Below are positions 14,640 to 24,372 of a stretch of 44,924 nt of DNA, in pieces. The stretch covers positions 1 to 44,924 of the forward strand of contig JAUVJK010000002.1 of assembly GCA_030592425.1 (NCBI GenBank), read 5' to 3'. The notes under the pieces are model-generated. The model saw only the letters and a list, made by a program, of their open reading frames with translations. It had not been told where the DNA came from and ran no database searches. The DNA comes from Candidatus Moraniibacteriota bacterium (lineage in GTDB: Bacteria > Patescibacteriota > Minisyncoccia > Moranbacterales > GCA-2747515). Within the stretch, counting starts at the first letter, position 1. The number at the start of each line of letters is the position of its first letter. The translations under genes were made by a program, and so were the position numbers.

Positions 14640-15644
14640 ATGCAAGCACAAAACAAATACAGTTTAGTGGAATTACTACCAGCGGTCACAATTTTTGTGG
14701 TACTGCTTTTAATTTCCCTCTCAATGCATACGCTTGCTGAGACCCCTACAGATAGTGCTAGTATTTTCGAGGATAGAGATCAAGACGGCCTCAGCGATGA
14801 GGAAGAAAAAGCACTTGGCACTGATCCGCTCCTAAAAGATTCTGATGGTGACAGTTATTCAGATGGTGTCGAAGTAGAAAGCGGCTATGATCCATTGATC
14901 CCAGCACCAAATGATAGACCAGCAGTTAATGGCATGGGAGGGGAAGACCCTGAGCTATTAGAGCTAGAAGATAATGAGGATACAGAAGTTTCAGCAACAG
15001 AAGAGTTTACAGAGAACTTTAGTGATTATCTCGAGGAAAGTATTGCCTCTGGAAAAGAAGATATTTCTGTTGACGAGATTACGGCCATCGCAAATGCATC
15101 CGTAAGTGAGCCTCTCACTTTCGGACAACTTCCTGACATCTCAATGGATGATATTCTTATCAAAGAACAGAACTACAACAACCTCTCAGATGATGAACAC
15201 CTAGAGAAAAAACGCCAAGATGCAATTGAATATTTCACAGGTAGTGCATTTATTCTTTCATCACATCTACCTGTAACGCCTGGCGGATCCACAGAGCTCA
15301 TGGACGTCATGGATTATGTCATGTCCAATATGAATACGATTGGGACATCGGCACCATCCCCTTATCTTATAGAACTCGCAGATACCAGTGAGAAAGCATT
15401 AGATGACTTAAAATCTGTCGAAGTCCCACAAGAATATCTAGATGTCCACATCAGAGGATTACAATTGGCACGCTATGGCTCCATATTAGGTCAAGATATA
15501 GAAATGTCTGAAACAGACCCACTTTCGACAATCAGTACACTTTCTCAGATTCAAGGACTCTTCTCACTCTCTGGAGAATATGTAAATGAAATGACAACAT
15601 TACTTAACGATATAAAGATTCTGGAAGAAGAGATCGATCTATAA
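14640..15644 (+). CDS. Acidic secreted or membrane-anchored protein with TSP3-like Ca-binding repeats and a pilin-like N-terminus
   Basis: N-terminus KYSLVELLPAVTIFVVLLLISL (Glu at +5 relative to Y). DRDQDGLSDEEEKALGTDP..DSDGDSYSDGVEVESGYDP repeats. Very Asp/Glu-rich. Confidence 0.7.
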   Translation: MQAQNKYSLVELLPAVTIFVVLLLISLSMHTLAETPTDSASIFEDRDQDGLSDEEEKALGTDPLLKDSDGDSYSDGVEVESGYDPLIPAPNDRPAVNGMGGEDPELLELEDNEDTEVSATEEFTENFSDYLEESIASGKEDISVDEITAIANASVSEPLTFGQLPDISMDDILIKEQNYNNLSDDEHLEKKRQDAIEYFTGSAFILSSHLPVTPGGSTELMDVMDYVMSNMNTIGTSAPSPYLIELADTSEKALDDLKSVEVPQEYLDVHIRGLQLARYGSILGQDIEMSETDPLSTISTLSQIQGLFSLSGEYVNEMTTLLNDIKILEEEIDL

Positions 15645-15655
15645 CCATATTTATT

Positions 15656-16936
15656 ATGCCAAAAACAATTCTATTATCGTTACTTCTTGCTGTATTAATA
15701 GCAACAGCAAATACCAACTCAGTACATGCAGGCGCATGGGGAGAGGCTTTTGCAGCTGCTTCAGCTAAACAAGCCTGGGAAACGATGGAGAAACAAATTT
15801 GGGAAGCTGCAGAGGTAGCTGCGAAGCAGGCAGCTGTCATGATCATTAACGATTCGATTCAGATGCTCATGACAGGGAACAATGGGAAATCTCTAGTCAT
15901 CTCTAATCCACAAGATTATTTATTTGGTGGCCCAAAACGTGATGCATCTGCGTATATGGATAATTTTTTCTCAGTAACAGCACGAGGAAGAGACTCAGAA
16001 GGGAATTACCATGCATTTGGTTCCACTGGCGCAGGCGGTAAAATGTCCTACGAAGGACAACTTGTCAATGGTGCGCGCGCGTCGCTTGGCATGTCCGGCG
16101 GCCAGACAAAAGGTGGTATAGATCTACGAAGTTATTGTCCTCCAAATCCAAAAGATGTCTTCGGCGATGGTAATTTTCGTTGCTTCAGTGCAATTACATC
16201 AAATCCATACAATAATCCCTACGGCTATAATCTCGCAGCTCAATCAGCCTATTCAAATCAATACCAGAAAAGCGCAAAAGCGGCAGAAAGCGTCTTTGTT
16301 GCAAATAAGGGTATTCGCAATATCAAAGATAGTAAAGGTAATGTGATCACGCCTGGTTCATTTGTCTTTGAAGTACAGGTTGGAAGTCTTAAACTCCCTC
16401 TTGATATGCTTGCAAATGCGGATGGAGCTGCAGCAGCAACCATCATGCAAGCTGCTGCAACATCCATCATCACTTCAACGATCCAGCAGGGCATTGGTTA
16501 TGTAGCAAGTCGTGTCAGCAGTGAGATCAACAAACCACTTAAACGTATACACGATCAAGTAGTAAGTAAAATTCCGATCAAGGGCCCCCAGATACAGTTC
16601 AACGCTTACGATGACAACAGCAATGCTACGGCCATTAGTAGTGGAAATAATTCTGGTAGCATCACAACAAGAGGGAGTAATACTATAACTGTTGGGAGTA
16701 AAGCAACTAACGCTAATCCTACAAATACTTGTACTGGAACATGTCGACCATCTTCCGGAGAAAGTTGTGAAGATGATGGTGATGACACACTGCCAGGCTC
16801 ATGTGGCTCAGGATATATCTGTTGTGGAACAGCGCCAAAATATTGGTGCAATAAAGCAGTATCAGTTTGCTATAATACTAAAAGTGACTGCGAATACATA
16901 GAAGGAGTTGGAGAGTGCGTTCAAGGAAATACTTAA
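15656..16936 (+). CDS. Secreted hypothetical protein with a Cys-rich C-terminal module (426 aa)
   Basis: Sec signal MPKTILLSLLLAVLIATANTNSVHA. 10 Cys in the last ~70 aa (CTGTC..SC..SC..ICC..WC..VC..DC..EC). Starts 11 nt after the upstream stop. Confidence 0.7.
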   Translation: MPKTILLSLLLAVLIATANTNSVHAGAWGEAFAAASAKQAWETMEKQIWEAAEVAAKQAAVMIINDSIQMLMTGNNGKSLVISNPQDYLFGGPKRDASAYMDNFFSVTARGRDSEGNYHAFGSTGAGGKMSYEGQLVNGARASLGMSGGQTKGGIDLRSYCPPNPKDVFGDGNFRCFSAITSNPYNNPYGYNLAAQSAYSNQYQKSAKAAESVFVANKGIRNIKDSKGNVITPGSFVFEVQVGSLKLPLDMLANADGAAAATIMQAAATSIITSTIQQGIGYVASRVSSEINKPLKRIHDQVVSKIPIKGPQIQFNAYDDNSNATAISSGNNSGSITTRGSNTITVGSKATNANPTNTCTGTCRPSSGESCEDDGDDTLPGSCGSGYICCGTAPKYWCNKAVSVCYNTKSDCEYIEGVGECVQGNT

Positions 16937-17086
16937 AGAATTTTTTATCAAGCAAAGCATATTCTGTAAAATAGACTAATTTGAACATAAAACTGAACTA
17001 CTTTTTTCAATATTATCCGCCCGCCTAGAAGAAATTAACCTGAGCATAGAACATTGGAATTACTAGTATGAAGTTCTACAGATTAT

Positions 17087-17120
17087 AAAAAGCCCTCATC
17101 CGTTGCGACGGTTGAGGGCT
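17087..17120. terminator. Terminator hairpin between convergent genes
   Basis: AGCCCTCA(T)CCGT-TGCG-ACGG(T)TGAGGGCT, with an A-run on the left that gives a T-run for the minus-strand gene. Confidence 0.75.
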
Positions 17121-17137
17121 TTGACTCTATATTTTGT

Positions 17138-17557
17138 CTAATTTGTTATTAGATGCAGGGCGAAATAGTATGCATCCAGTTCCTTCTTGTGTCCTGGAAG
17201 ATAGATTTTCATCGACTTCATATAATGATTCGATGAAACATTCACTGACCAGCCAGTCTGACCATGATGTATACATGCTTTTTTGACGATCTTCTCGAAA
17301 GAGGATTGCCCAATCGGCACCTTTGCCAGACAACATTCTTTTGCAACAGAACTATCATAGGCATACACGATATCATACCTACTGGACCGTGCTACGATCA
17401 ATCCCTTTCCTTTTAAAAGTCCACAAGATTCAGGAACTGATACAAGCTGCGAATATTGGCCTCCAACACGCGACCCTAGATTATAACTTTCTGCCAAGGT
17501 GCTTTGTGAAAGGAATACAACTGAGAGGAGTGTCAACATTGTTATGTGATATCTCAT
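17138..17557 (-). CDS. Secreted hypothetical protein (139 aa)
   Basis: Signal peptide MRYHITMLTLLSVVFLSQSTLA. Starts 2 nt after the stop of the upstream lipoprotein gene. Confidence 0.6.
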   Translation of the reverse strand: MRYHITMLTLLSVVFLSQSTLAESYNLGSRVGGQYSQLVSVPESCGLLKGKGLIVARSSRYDIVYAYDSSVAKECCLAKVPIGQSSFEKIVKKACIHHGQTGWSVNVSSNHYMKSMKIYLPGHKKELDAYYFALHLITN

Positions 17558-17559
17558 GA

Positions 17560-17994
17560 TTAATATACTCCGGCTCGCTTGAGCATAAGAACCTTACCCA
17601 CAATATAGGCCTCTTTTTCTGAGGTATACTTATGCGGAAAGGGATATTTAGGATGACCAACACCTCGCGTTTCCACGAGAACCCAATATCGTTGACCTGG
17701 CGGATGAAGAACACAGACCCAATGCTCACGTTTACTCCGACCAGCAATCGCATACGAGGTTGCCCCATTGGGTTTAACTAAAATGAAGCATCGGGCATCA
17801 TCTTCCTCAACGTGCATATAATAGATCTTCCGTCCGTCGACGAGTTTTTGAACAAGATAGAACTTATTCATCGCTCTGATCGGAATTCCATATTCTTTAT
17901 CAACACTACCATCGGGTAGTTGATTACTTGTTGCACACCCATTCAATGTGAGACCAACAATAAATAATAAAGAAATCATCTTTTGAATATTCAT
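17560..17994 (-). CDS. Putative lipoprotein (144 aa)
   Basis: Lipobox-like LTLNGC after a hydrophobic N-terminus. AGAGGA RBS. Consensus promoter upstream. Confidence 0.65.
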   Translation of the reverse strand: MNIQKMISLLFIVGLTLNGCATSNQLPDGSVDKEYGIPIRAMNKFYLVQKLVDGRKIYYMHVEEDDARCFILVKPNGATSYAIAGRSKREHWVCVLHPPGQRYWVLVETRGVGHPKYPFPHKYTSEKEAYIVGKVLMLKRAGVY

Positions 17995-18036
17995 TCTGAA
18001 TCCTCTTTGTTAATGAACGCGGAATGCGAACTCTAT

Positions 18037-18065
18037 ATCATAGCAGATTTCTCTATCTATGTCAA
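18037..18065 (-). promoter_or_regulatory. Sigma70-like promoter TTGACA-17-TATGAT for the lipoprotein operon
   Basis: On the minus strand: TTGACA (18065-18060) and TATGAT (18042-18037). Confidence 0.6.
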
Positions 18066-18153
18066 TGGCTGAGTTGTAAAGCTTCCTGTCATAACTTCAT
18101 GCAATTGTATTCTAGAAAATACCCCATTATTTATCTAGCATTATTAATTAACC

Positions 18154-18180
18154 AAAAAAACACTCTTTTGAGTGTTTTTT
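18154..18180. terminator. Bidirectional terminator downstream of tRNA-Val(GAC)
   Basis: AAAAAAA-CACTC-TTTT-GAGTG-TTTTTT. Confidence 0.7.
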
Positions 18181-18184
18181 ACTG

Positions 18185-18258
18185 TGGGCGATACAAGATT
18201 CGAACTTGTGACCTCTTGCGTGTCGAGCAAGCGCTCTAACCAACTGAGCTAACCGCCC
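18185..18258 (-). tRNA. trnV: tRNA-Val (anticodon GAC) with C at position 33
   Basis: Minus strand GGGCGGTTAGCTCAGTTGGTTAGAGCGCTTGCTCGACACGCAAGAGGTCACAAGTTCGAATCTTGTATCGCCCA, with anticodon arm CTTGC-TCGACAC-GCAAG. Confidence 0.8.
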
Positions 18259-18289
18259 TGAAAGGAGAGATTATCCCTCCTAAATATCT

Positions 18290-20287
18290 CTATTTCACAT
18301 TTTCTTCCTTTTTTTGTTCATTCTCTTTCACGACATTCTCAGTTATAGCGTCTGTTTTATCAGAGGGGACTTTGTCAATATTTTTCTCATTTTGAACGTC
18401 GTCCTCACTTTTATCAGTCTCAATGTCATCTTTCTTCTTTTCTTCTTCTGTTACCGGTGCAACATACTCTTTTCCTGCCACAATCGCATCAAATTCATCT
18501 TTTTCAATGGTCTCAACTTTAAGTAAACGCTGAGCGATCTTATCCAAAGTGCTGCGATTATCAATGAGGATCTGCGTTGCCCGCTTCTTTGCATCAAGAA
18601 CATACTTTGATACAGCATCATCAATTGCAATCGCCGTTTTTTCAGAATAATTTCTCTCCTCTGAGATCTCCTTCCCAAGAAAGACCATTTCTTCTTTTCG
18701 CCCAAAAGTGCGGGGCCCAAGGTCACTCATTCCATAACGCGTAACAATATCATGTGCCATATGTGTCACTCTTTCGAGATCATTCGATGGTCCTGTCGTC
18801 ACATCGTCAAAGATCAACTCTTCCGCAACATACCCACCGAGAAAGACGGAAAGCTCATCAACAAAATATGCGCGAGAGTGTAGCGTACGATCGTTTTCCG
18901 GAACTGCCAATGTATAACCCCCGGCACTACCACGAGCGACAATCGAGACTTTATGTACAGGATCAGCATTCTCAAGCTTTGCCCCTACAAGCGCATGTCC
19001 ACTTTCGTGATAAGCAATAATCTTCTTTTCTTGATCGGTAATGCGACGGCTTTTCCTCGCTGGTCCAAGCATTACTTTCTCGATCGAATCGATAATATCA
19101 TCCATTGTAACGATCTTTCGATCATTACGTGCTGCAAAGAGAGCTGACTCATTTAATAAATTCGAGAGATCAGCACCAGAAAAGCCTGGTGTACGTTGAC
19201 CTATACGACGTAAATTCACATCTTTTCCAAGTGGTTTATTTTTACCATGAATCTTCAGAATTGCAATGCGTTCTTCTATATCAGGCAGATCCATTGTGAC
19301 ACGTCGATCAAAACGACCTGGCCGCAGGAGTGCCGGATCAAGGACATCTGGACGGTTCGTCGCTGCAATAACGATGACACTTGAATTCGTTTCGAAACCA
19401 TCCATCTCGACAAGGATCTGATTAAGTGTTTGCTCTCGTTCATCATGACCACCGCCAAGCCCGGTTCCACGCTGACGACCAACGGCATCAATCTCATCAA
19501 TAAAAACAATTGCAGGTGCATTCTTCTTCGCTTGTTTGAAAAGGTCACGTACACGAGATGCACCAACACCGACAAACATTTCTACAAATTCTGACCCACT
19601 AATATTAAAGAAGGGAACACCCGCCTCACCAGCAACGGCCTTTGCCATGAGCGTCTTTCCCGTTCCTGGAGGCCCGAGAAGAAGAACTCCCTTAGGAATT
19701 TTTGCACCCATATCAAGGAATTTTTTTGGTGCTTTCAAGAAATCGACGATCTCACCAAGTTCTTCCTTTGATTCTTTCGCTCCTGCTACATCTTTGAATG
19801 TTACACGATTTTTCTTGTCATTTGGATCAACCATCCGCGCACGGCTAGAGCCAAAACTCATCGCTTGATTGTTACCACGCGTTGCTTGTCGCATCATAAA
19901 CCAGATCAAACCACCAATCAGGAGAATTGGAATCATGAAAGGAAGAATATTTGTCGCAAAGATCATTCCTGTTGAAGGACCCTCTAAAATAAGCTCTACT
20001 TTATCAGACTTCTGCGCTTCAACACCATAATTTGTTAGTGTTTCTGTAAGAGAACTCTCTGTCTCTTTACGTGTTTTCTGCTCTGTTCCGTCTGTTTTCT
20101 CGACCTCAAGATCATTTCCATTTACCGTGATCTTCGCAACTTCTCCAGCATTGATCTGTTCAACTAATTTTGACAGTGAGATCTCCTCTGGATCACTTAC
20201 ATCGCTCATCATCAGAAAGATGATTCCAGCGATCAAAAATAAACTCGCTGCAATGTACCAAATATTTTTTAATTGATTTTTTTCCAT
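18290..20287 (-). CDS. ftsH: ATP-dependent zinc metalloprotease FtsH
   Basis: N-terminal TM segments, Walker A GPPGTGKT, zinc site HESGHAL, Lys/Glu-rich C-terminal tail. Confidence 0.95.
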   Translation of the reverse strand: MEKNQLKNIWYIAASLFLIAGIIFLMMSDVSDPEEISLSKLVEQINAGEVAKITVNGNDLEVEKTDGTEQKTRKETESSLTETLTNYGVEAQKSDKVELILEGPSTGMIFATNILPFMIPILLIGGLIWFMMRQATRGNNQAMSFGSSRARMVDPNDKKNRVTFKDVAGAKESKEELGEIVDFLKAPKKFLDMGAKIPKGVLLLGPPGTGKTLMAKAVAGEAGVPFFNISGSEFVEMFVGVGASRVRDLFKQAKKNAPAIVFIDEIDAVGRQRGTGLGGGHDEREQTLNQILVEMDGFETNSSVIVIAATNRPDVLDPALLRPGRFDRRVTMDLPDIEERIAILKIHGKNKPLGKDVNLRRIGQRTPGFSGADLSNLLNESALFAARNDRKIVTMDDIIDSIEKVMLGPARKSRRITDQEKKIIAYHESGHALVGAKLENADPVHKVSIVARGSAGGYTLAVPENDRTLHSRAYFVDELSVFLGGYVAEELIFDDVTTGPSNDLERVTHMAHDIVTRYGMSDLGPRTFGRKEEMVFLGKEISEERNYSEKTAIAIDDAVSKYVLDAKKRATQILIDNRSTLDKIAQRLLKVETIEKDEFDAIVAGKEYVAPVTEEEKKKDDIETDKSEDDVQNEKNIDKVPSDKTDAITENVVKENEQKKEENVK

Positions 20288-20352
20288 ATAGAAATTAACG
20301 TGATTTTAAATATAATTACCCTCATTTCAAGTAATGAATTATCATTCTATCA

Positions 20353-21318
20353 TTACTTAGTTGTAAACTTTACTGTATCACCTTTTCGTTGCATTTTCAA
20401 GCCTCTCATCTTCACATTTTGATGCTTGTTCTTAATACTTGCAATTGCCTTATGAAGCTCTGCAATATTACGCGATGTAACGTTAATGTCATCTTTTTGG
20501 AGATATACAATAATCTGATGCAAGCGGACACGCTGCAAAGCACGGTGACATGAACAATAACGCTTTGCAGAAAAAGCCACTGTAACCTCACAGAATTCAG
20601 CGGGAAGGTACTTTCTCGCCATTTCCTCAAGGTAATTATAATCAACAGAGACCTGGTCTGCTGTTACGGAAAGGGTTTTGATAATCTCCCTATTAAATCC
20701 TTTTTGTAAGAAAGGAAGGAGTTCATTTCTAATATGATTACGTGTGAAAGAATTATCACTATTTGTTTTATCCTCTGCGAAAGTAATATGATGATCTTCA
20801 CAATACCTCAGAATATCCTTCCGTTGAACTTTTAAGAATGGTCGAATCACCGCACTACGACGATGTCGCATCCCTTGCAATCCGTTTAGACTCGTCCCAC
20901 GAAGAAGATGTAGCAGTAATGTTTCAGCCTGATCATTTGCATTATGAGCAACGACAATATGATCAGCTTTCTGCGTACGTCGGACCTCTTCAAAATATGC
21001 ATAACGTTGCTTTCTCCATAGAGCCTCAGACCCCTCCAACCCTTCGTTCTTGATCATTTTTACATGAAGAGGGAGGTGATACGCCTCACAAGTAGCTCTT
21101 ACATTATTCTCATCAGCATCAGAAGCTTCTCCGCGCAATCCATAGTTAACGTGCGCAACAACGAGCATCAGATTTTCTTTCTTTGTTAATTGTGCCATGA
21201 GGTTAAGGAGGCACATGCTGTCAGCGCCACCAGAAACACCAATGAGCAAGCTATCACCACGAGACCACAAATGCTCTTGCGCATTGATATTTTGTACAAA
21301 TTTTAGAAGATTCTTCAT
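20353..21318 (-). CDS. tilS: tRNA(Ile)-lysidine synthetase (short form)
   Basis: PP-loop LIGVSGGADSMCLL. 321 aa. Confidence 0.85.
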   Translation of the reverse strand: MKNLLKFVQNINAQEHLWSRGDSLLIGVSGGADSMCLLNLMAQLTKKENLMLVVAHVNYGLRGEASDADENNVRATCEAYHLPLHVKMIKNEGLEGSEALWRKQRYAYFEEVRRTQKADHIVVAHNANDQAETLLLHLLRGTSLNGLQGMRHRRSAVIRPFLKVQRKDILRYCEDHHITFAEDKTNSDNSFTRNHIRNELLPFLQKGFNREIIKTLSVTADQVSVDYNYLEEMARKYLPAEFCEVTVAFSAKRYCSCHRALQRVRLHQIIVYLQKDDINVTSRNIAELHKAIASIKNKHQNVKMRGLKMQRKGDTVKFTTK

Positions 21319-21381
21319 AGAAAAGCCTTTCTAGTCACAAAATGCATTCTTACAATCGCTTAAAGGGACCATAAAAAATAA

Positions 21382-21942
21382 TCATTTGTCATTATGGGAG
21401 CGAATGATCGTAGCGATCTCATTTACGGCCGTATTAAGTGCGCCATCACTATTGATCACTGTGTAATCATACAGATCTATGTGCTTAAGCCATTCCTTTG
21501 TATACGCCATACGTTCCTGTACATACTGCTCGCTAGCATTGCTACGCCCGCGAATACGTCGCTCAAGTGTTGCAAGATCAGGTGTCATCAAAAAAATTGC
21601 GATGATCTCAGGAAAGAGTTTCTTTGCCTTTTCAACACCTTTATAATCAATTTTCCAAATACCAATACCACCAGCATTCTGAACACGTGTTAATTCAGTC
21701 TTTGTCACACCATAATATTGTCCATTGTAATGTTGTGCCCATTCAAGATAATTGCCTTTATTTATTCCAATTTCAAATTCTTCGCTCGAAATGAAATAAT
21801 AAGGATTTCCTTCCGATTCACCATCTCGTGGCGAACGTGTCGTTGTCGTAATAACAACATTAACACCAAAGATTTTATCAAGCTTTTTAATAACGGAATC
21901 CTCTCCCGCACCCGAAGGGCCAGAGATAATAAAAAGGTTCAT
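21382..21942 (-). CDS. gmk: Guanylate kinase-like protein with a non-canonical P-loop
   Basis: Collinear with Gmk (TTTRSPRDGESEGNPYYF, YYGVTK, RIRGR), but the P-loop reads GPSGAGEDS (GAG GAT checked in the DNA). I prefer ATG 21942; the track start at 21957 is a GTG. Confidence 0.75.
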   Translation of the reverse strand: MNLFIISGPSGAGEDSVIKKLDKIFGVNVVITTTTRSPRDGESEGNPYYFISSEEFEIGINKGNYLEWAQHYNGQYYGVTKTELTRVQNAGGIGIWKIDYKGVEKAKKLFPEIIAIFLMTPDLATLERRIRGRSNASEQYVQERMAYTKEWLKHIDLYDYTVINSDGALNTAVNEIATIIRSHNDK

Positions 21943-22004
21943 GCAGGTAGTATTCACTATTTATTTAACTGAGAAAAGACTGGGCAAGCGCCCGAGCATC
22001 ACCA

Positions 22005-23333
22005 CTATTTCTTTTCTGTCGTTTTTGTTGCGCTTTTCTCTGGATTATTTTTTTTCTTCGTCTCGGTCTGTGTTTTTAAAGGTTTTTTTGTTGCTGATTC
22101 TGTATTTTCGTTCTCACTTTCTGCAACGATAAGCCCATCTACCAAGACGAGTCCCATACGGTGTTCTTTTGCATCAATCGAAAGAATTTTCCAATTGAAT
22201 TGCTTCCCGACAGCAATCATATCTTCCATCTTCTTACCAGGAAAATTTTCTTGAAACTCACTCACATGCGCAAGGCCATGAATGTCACTATCGAGATAAA
22301 CAAATGCACCAAAGTGATTGATCTTATCTACTATCCCTTCATAAACCTCACCAATCGTATATTTCTCAGTGATTACACTCCATGGATCGCGCTTAAGAGC
22401 TTTCATCGATAGAGAGATTCGTGTGTCATCAATACCAATGATCTTTGCTTCTACTGCGTCACCAACTTTTACAAGCTCGCGTGGATTATCAATCAATTGC
22501 CATGCCAATTCTGATATATGAACAAGCCCCTCTAATTGATCACCTTCTTCACGTCCTGGTGGTTGAAATTTAACAAAAGCACCAAAATCAACAACGCCAC
22601 TCACTTCGCCCTTAATAACCTCGCCTTTTGCTAGTTCAGAAATAACTTTACGTTCTTGTTCACTCTGTGCAGCTTTTTCAGAAACGATGAGCTTTTCAGC
22701 GTCTTGATCGGCATCCAAGATACGCACACCGAGCTCTTGATTAACCAATTGCTTTAAAAGTTCAAGAATTTTATTACGATCACCATCATCAACACGTGGA
22801 TAGTTTTGACTCGACAACTGTGAAACTGGCAAAAATCCCGTAATACCGTTTACTTCTACCATCAATCCTCCCTTATTTGCATCAAGGATACGCGTTGAGA
22901 CTGTATCTTCATTCTTCATTTTATTGCGGAGATCCTCCCAGGCCTTTTCATAAGAAGCCTCACGAATCGATAGCTCAATATAGCCATCATCATTCTCAAG
23001 ATCGATCAACGTCGCCGTTGCTTCATCACCAATTAGCATCTTTGCGTTCATTGCAAGGCCATCTTTTGTTTCTTTTCCCAAAACAATTCCCGTACCAATT
23101 GGCCCAAGATCCAAATAGATCGCGCTCGGTGAAACATCAATAACAATACCCTTTAATACATCTCCAACGGCAGGAAAAGCCACAACTGCCTCATCTGTTA
23201 CAAGATCATCCATCGTCATTGCCTTATGAGAGGGATTTGCAGGTTTTTCTTCAACTACAACTTGTTTCTTTGGAGCATCAGCTGTTTGCACATCTTCTAC
23301 GATCTTGTCGAGAAGATCTTGTTCTTTTGTCAT
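22005..23333 (-). CDS. rpsA: 30S ribosomal protein S1 (multi-S1-domain)
   Basis: Repeated S1 motifs (GDVLKGIV, GFLPVSQL, GEVIKGEVSGVVDFGAFVKF, GLVHISEL, GEVYEGIVDKINHFGAFVYL). Start taken at MTKEQD; an alternative upstream ATG is at 23375. Confidence 0.85.
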   Translation of the reverse strand: MTKEQDLLDKIVEDVQTADAPKKQVVVEEKPANPSHKAMTMDDLVTDEAVVAFPAVGDVLKGIVIDVSPSAIYLDLGPIGTGIVLGKETKDGLAMNAKMLIGDEATATLIDLENDDGYIELSIREASYEKAWEDLRNKMKNEDTVSTRILDANKGGLMVEVNGITGFLPVSQLSSQNYPRVDDGDRNKILELLKQLVNQELGVRILDADQDAEKLIVSEKAAQSEQERKVISELAKGEVIKGEVSGVVDFGAFVKFQPPGREEGDQLEGLVHISELAWQLIDNPRELVKVGDAVEAKIIGIDDTRISLSMKALKRDPWSVITEKYTIGEVYEGIVDKINHFGAFVYLDSDIHGLAHVSEFQENFPGKKMEDMIAVGKQFNWKILSIDAKEHRMGLVLVDGLIVAESENENTESATKKPLKTQTETKKKNNPEKSATKTTEKK

Positions 23334-23697
23334 ATTATTTAAAATGCACATGTGACACAAAACATGTGACAGCATTAATAATTATAATTGCGTGTCTTTT
23401 ATTAGCAGAAGATATAAACAAAAATACCCACAAAAGTAGGTATATGAAGACAAACGCCTAATGCGCTAGACTGATTAGACTGTCCAAAAATTATCTGAAC
23501 AGATCAGCTATAAGATTGTCTAAATAATTACACTTCGTCCCGAAAGTATACCCGATAAGTATAAAAAATGCAAGGCGACAACTTCTCTCTCATCATCTTT
23601 TCGCTCGACACCTTATATTCCTTGTGATACTATTATAAATACATTTCAATTCTAAACGTTTTATTTTCTTTTCTCTATAAGAGAATTTTTTGATGCT

Positions 23698-24357
23698 ATG
23701 ATCATTCAATACTATGGGCTTTCTTGCTTCAAAGTCACAACAAAACCAGAGGGACGTGGCGGAGCAGATGTTATAATCTTTTTTTCACCCTTTGATAAGG
23801 TCACTGGTTTGCGTCCACCGCAAGGAGCTGCGGATATCGTCTTCATACCACATCATTCGCCAGCATTTAATAATGTAGCATCTCTCAAAAATGATCCCAA
23901 GATCTTTGATATGCCTGGAGAGTATGCTATTAATGGCGTAAGTGCAATTGGGACACAGGCTCTGGCCGATCACGATAATGGATCACAACGAGGCAATACA
24001 ACGATTTTCACTGTTCAATCTGAAGGGTTGACACTCTGCCACCTTGGAGCACTCGGCACAGACCTCAATGCGGAACAATTTGATCACATTGGTGACATTG
24101 ATGTTCTTTTTGTACCAATCGGTGACAACATTGGTATTACTGCAAAAATGGCAGAAAAAGTCTGTCGTAGCATACAGCCACGGATCATCATCCCGATGCA
24201 TTATAAGATCAAGGGTATAAAAGAAGTTCTCAATGATAAAAAGGATTTTTGCGCAGAAATTGGCAGTTGCCCGAAAGAATCCCTCCAAAAACTTACTATT
24301 AAAAAGAAGGATATTGAAGAAAAAACCATGGAGGTTACACTTCTTGATACAATTTAA
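23698..24357 (+). CDS. Metallo-beta-lactamase-fold protein (UPF0173-like) with a degenerate metal motif
   Basis: MIIQYYGLSCFKV.., ..LCHLGALGT.., ..DVLFVPIGD.., ..IIIPMHYK are collinear with the family. The HxHxDH position reads PHHSPAFNN. Confidence 0.65.
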   Translation: MIIQYYGLSCFKVTTKPEGRGGADVIIFFSPFDKVTGLRPPQGAADIVFIPHHSPAFNNVASLKNDPKIFDMPGEYAINGVSAIGTQALADHDNGSQRGNTTIFTVQSEGLTLCHLGALGTDLNAEQFDHIGDIDVLFVPIGDNIGITAKMAEKVCRSIQPRIIIPMHYKIKGIKEVLNDKKDFCAEIGSCPKESLQKLTIKKKDIEEKTMEVTLLDTI

Positions 24358-24372
24358 AATAGAAATAATAGT

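Noticed and set aside
23376-23697. Divergent rpsA / MBL intergenic region as a replication origin (strand-switch point)
   Set aside because: There are no good DnaA boxes (the best is TTATCTGAA), and gene orientation flips several times in the window, so the switch is not informative.
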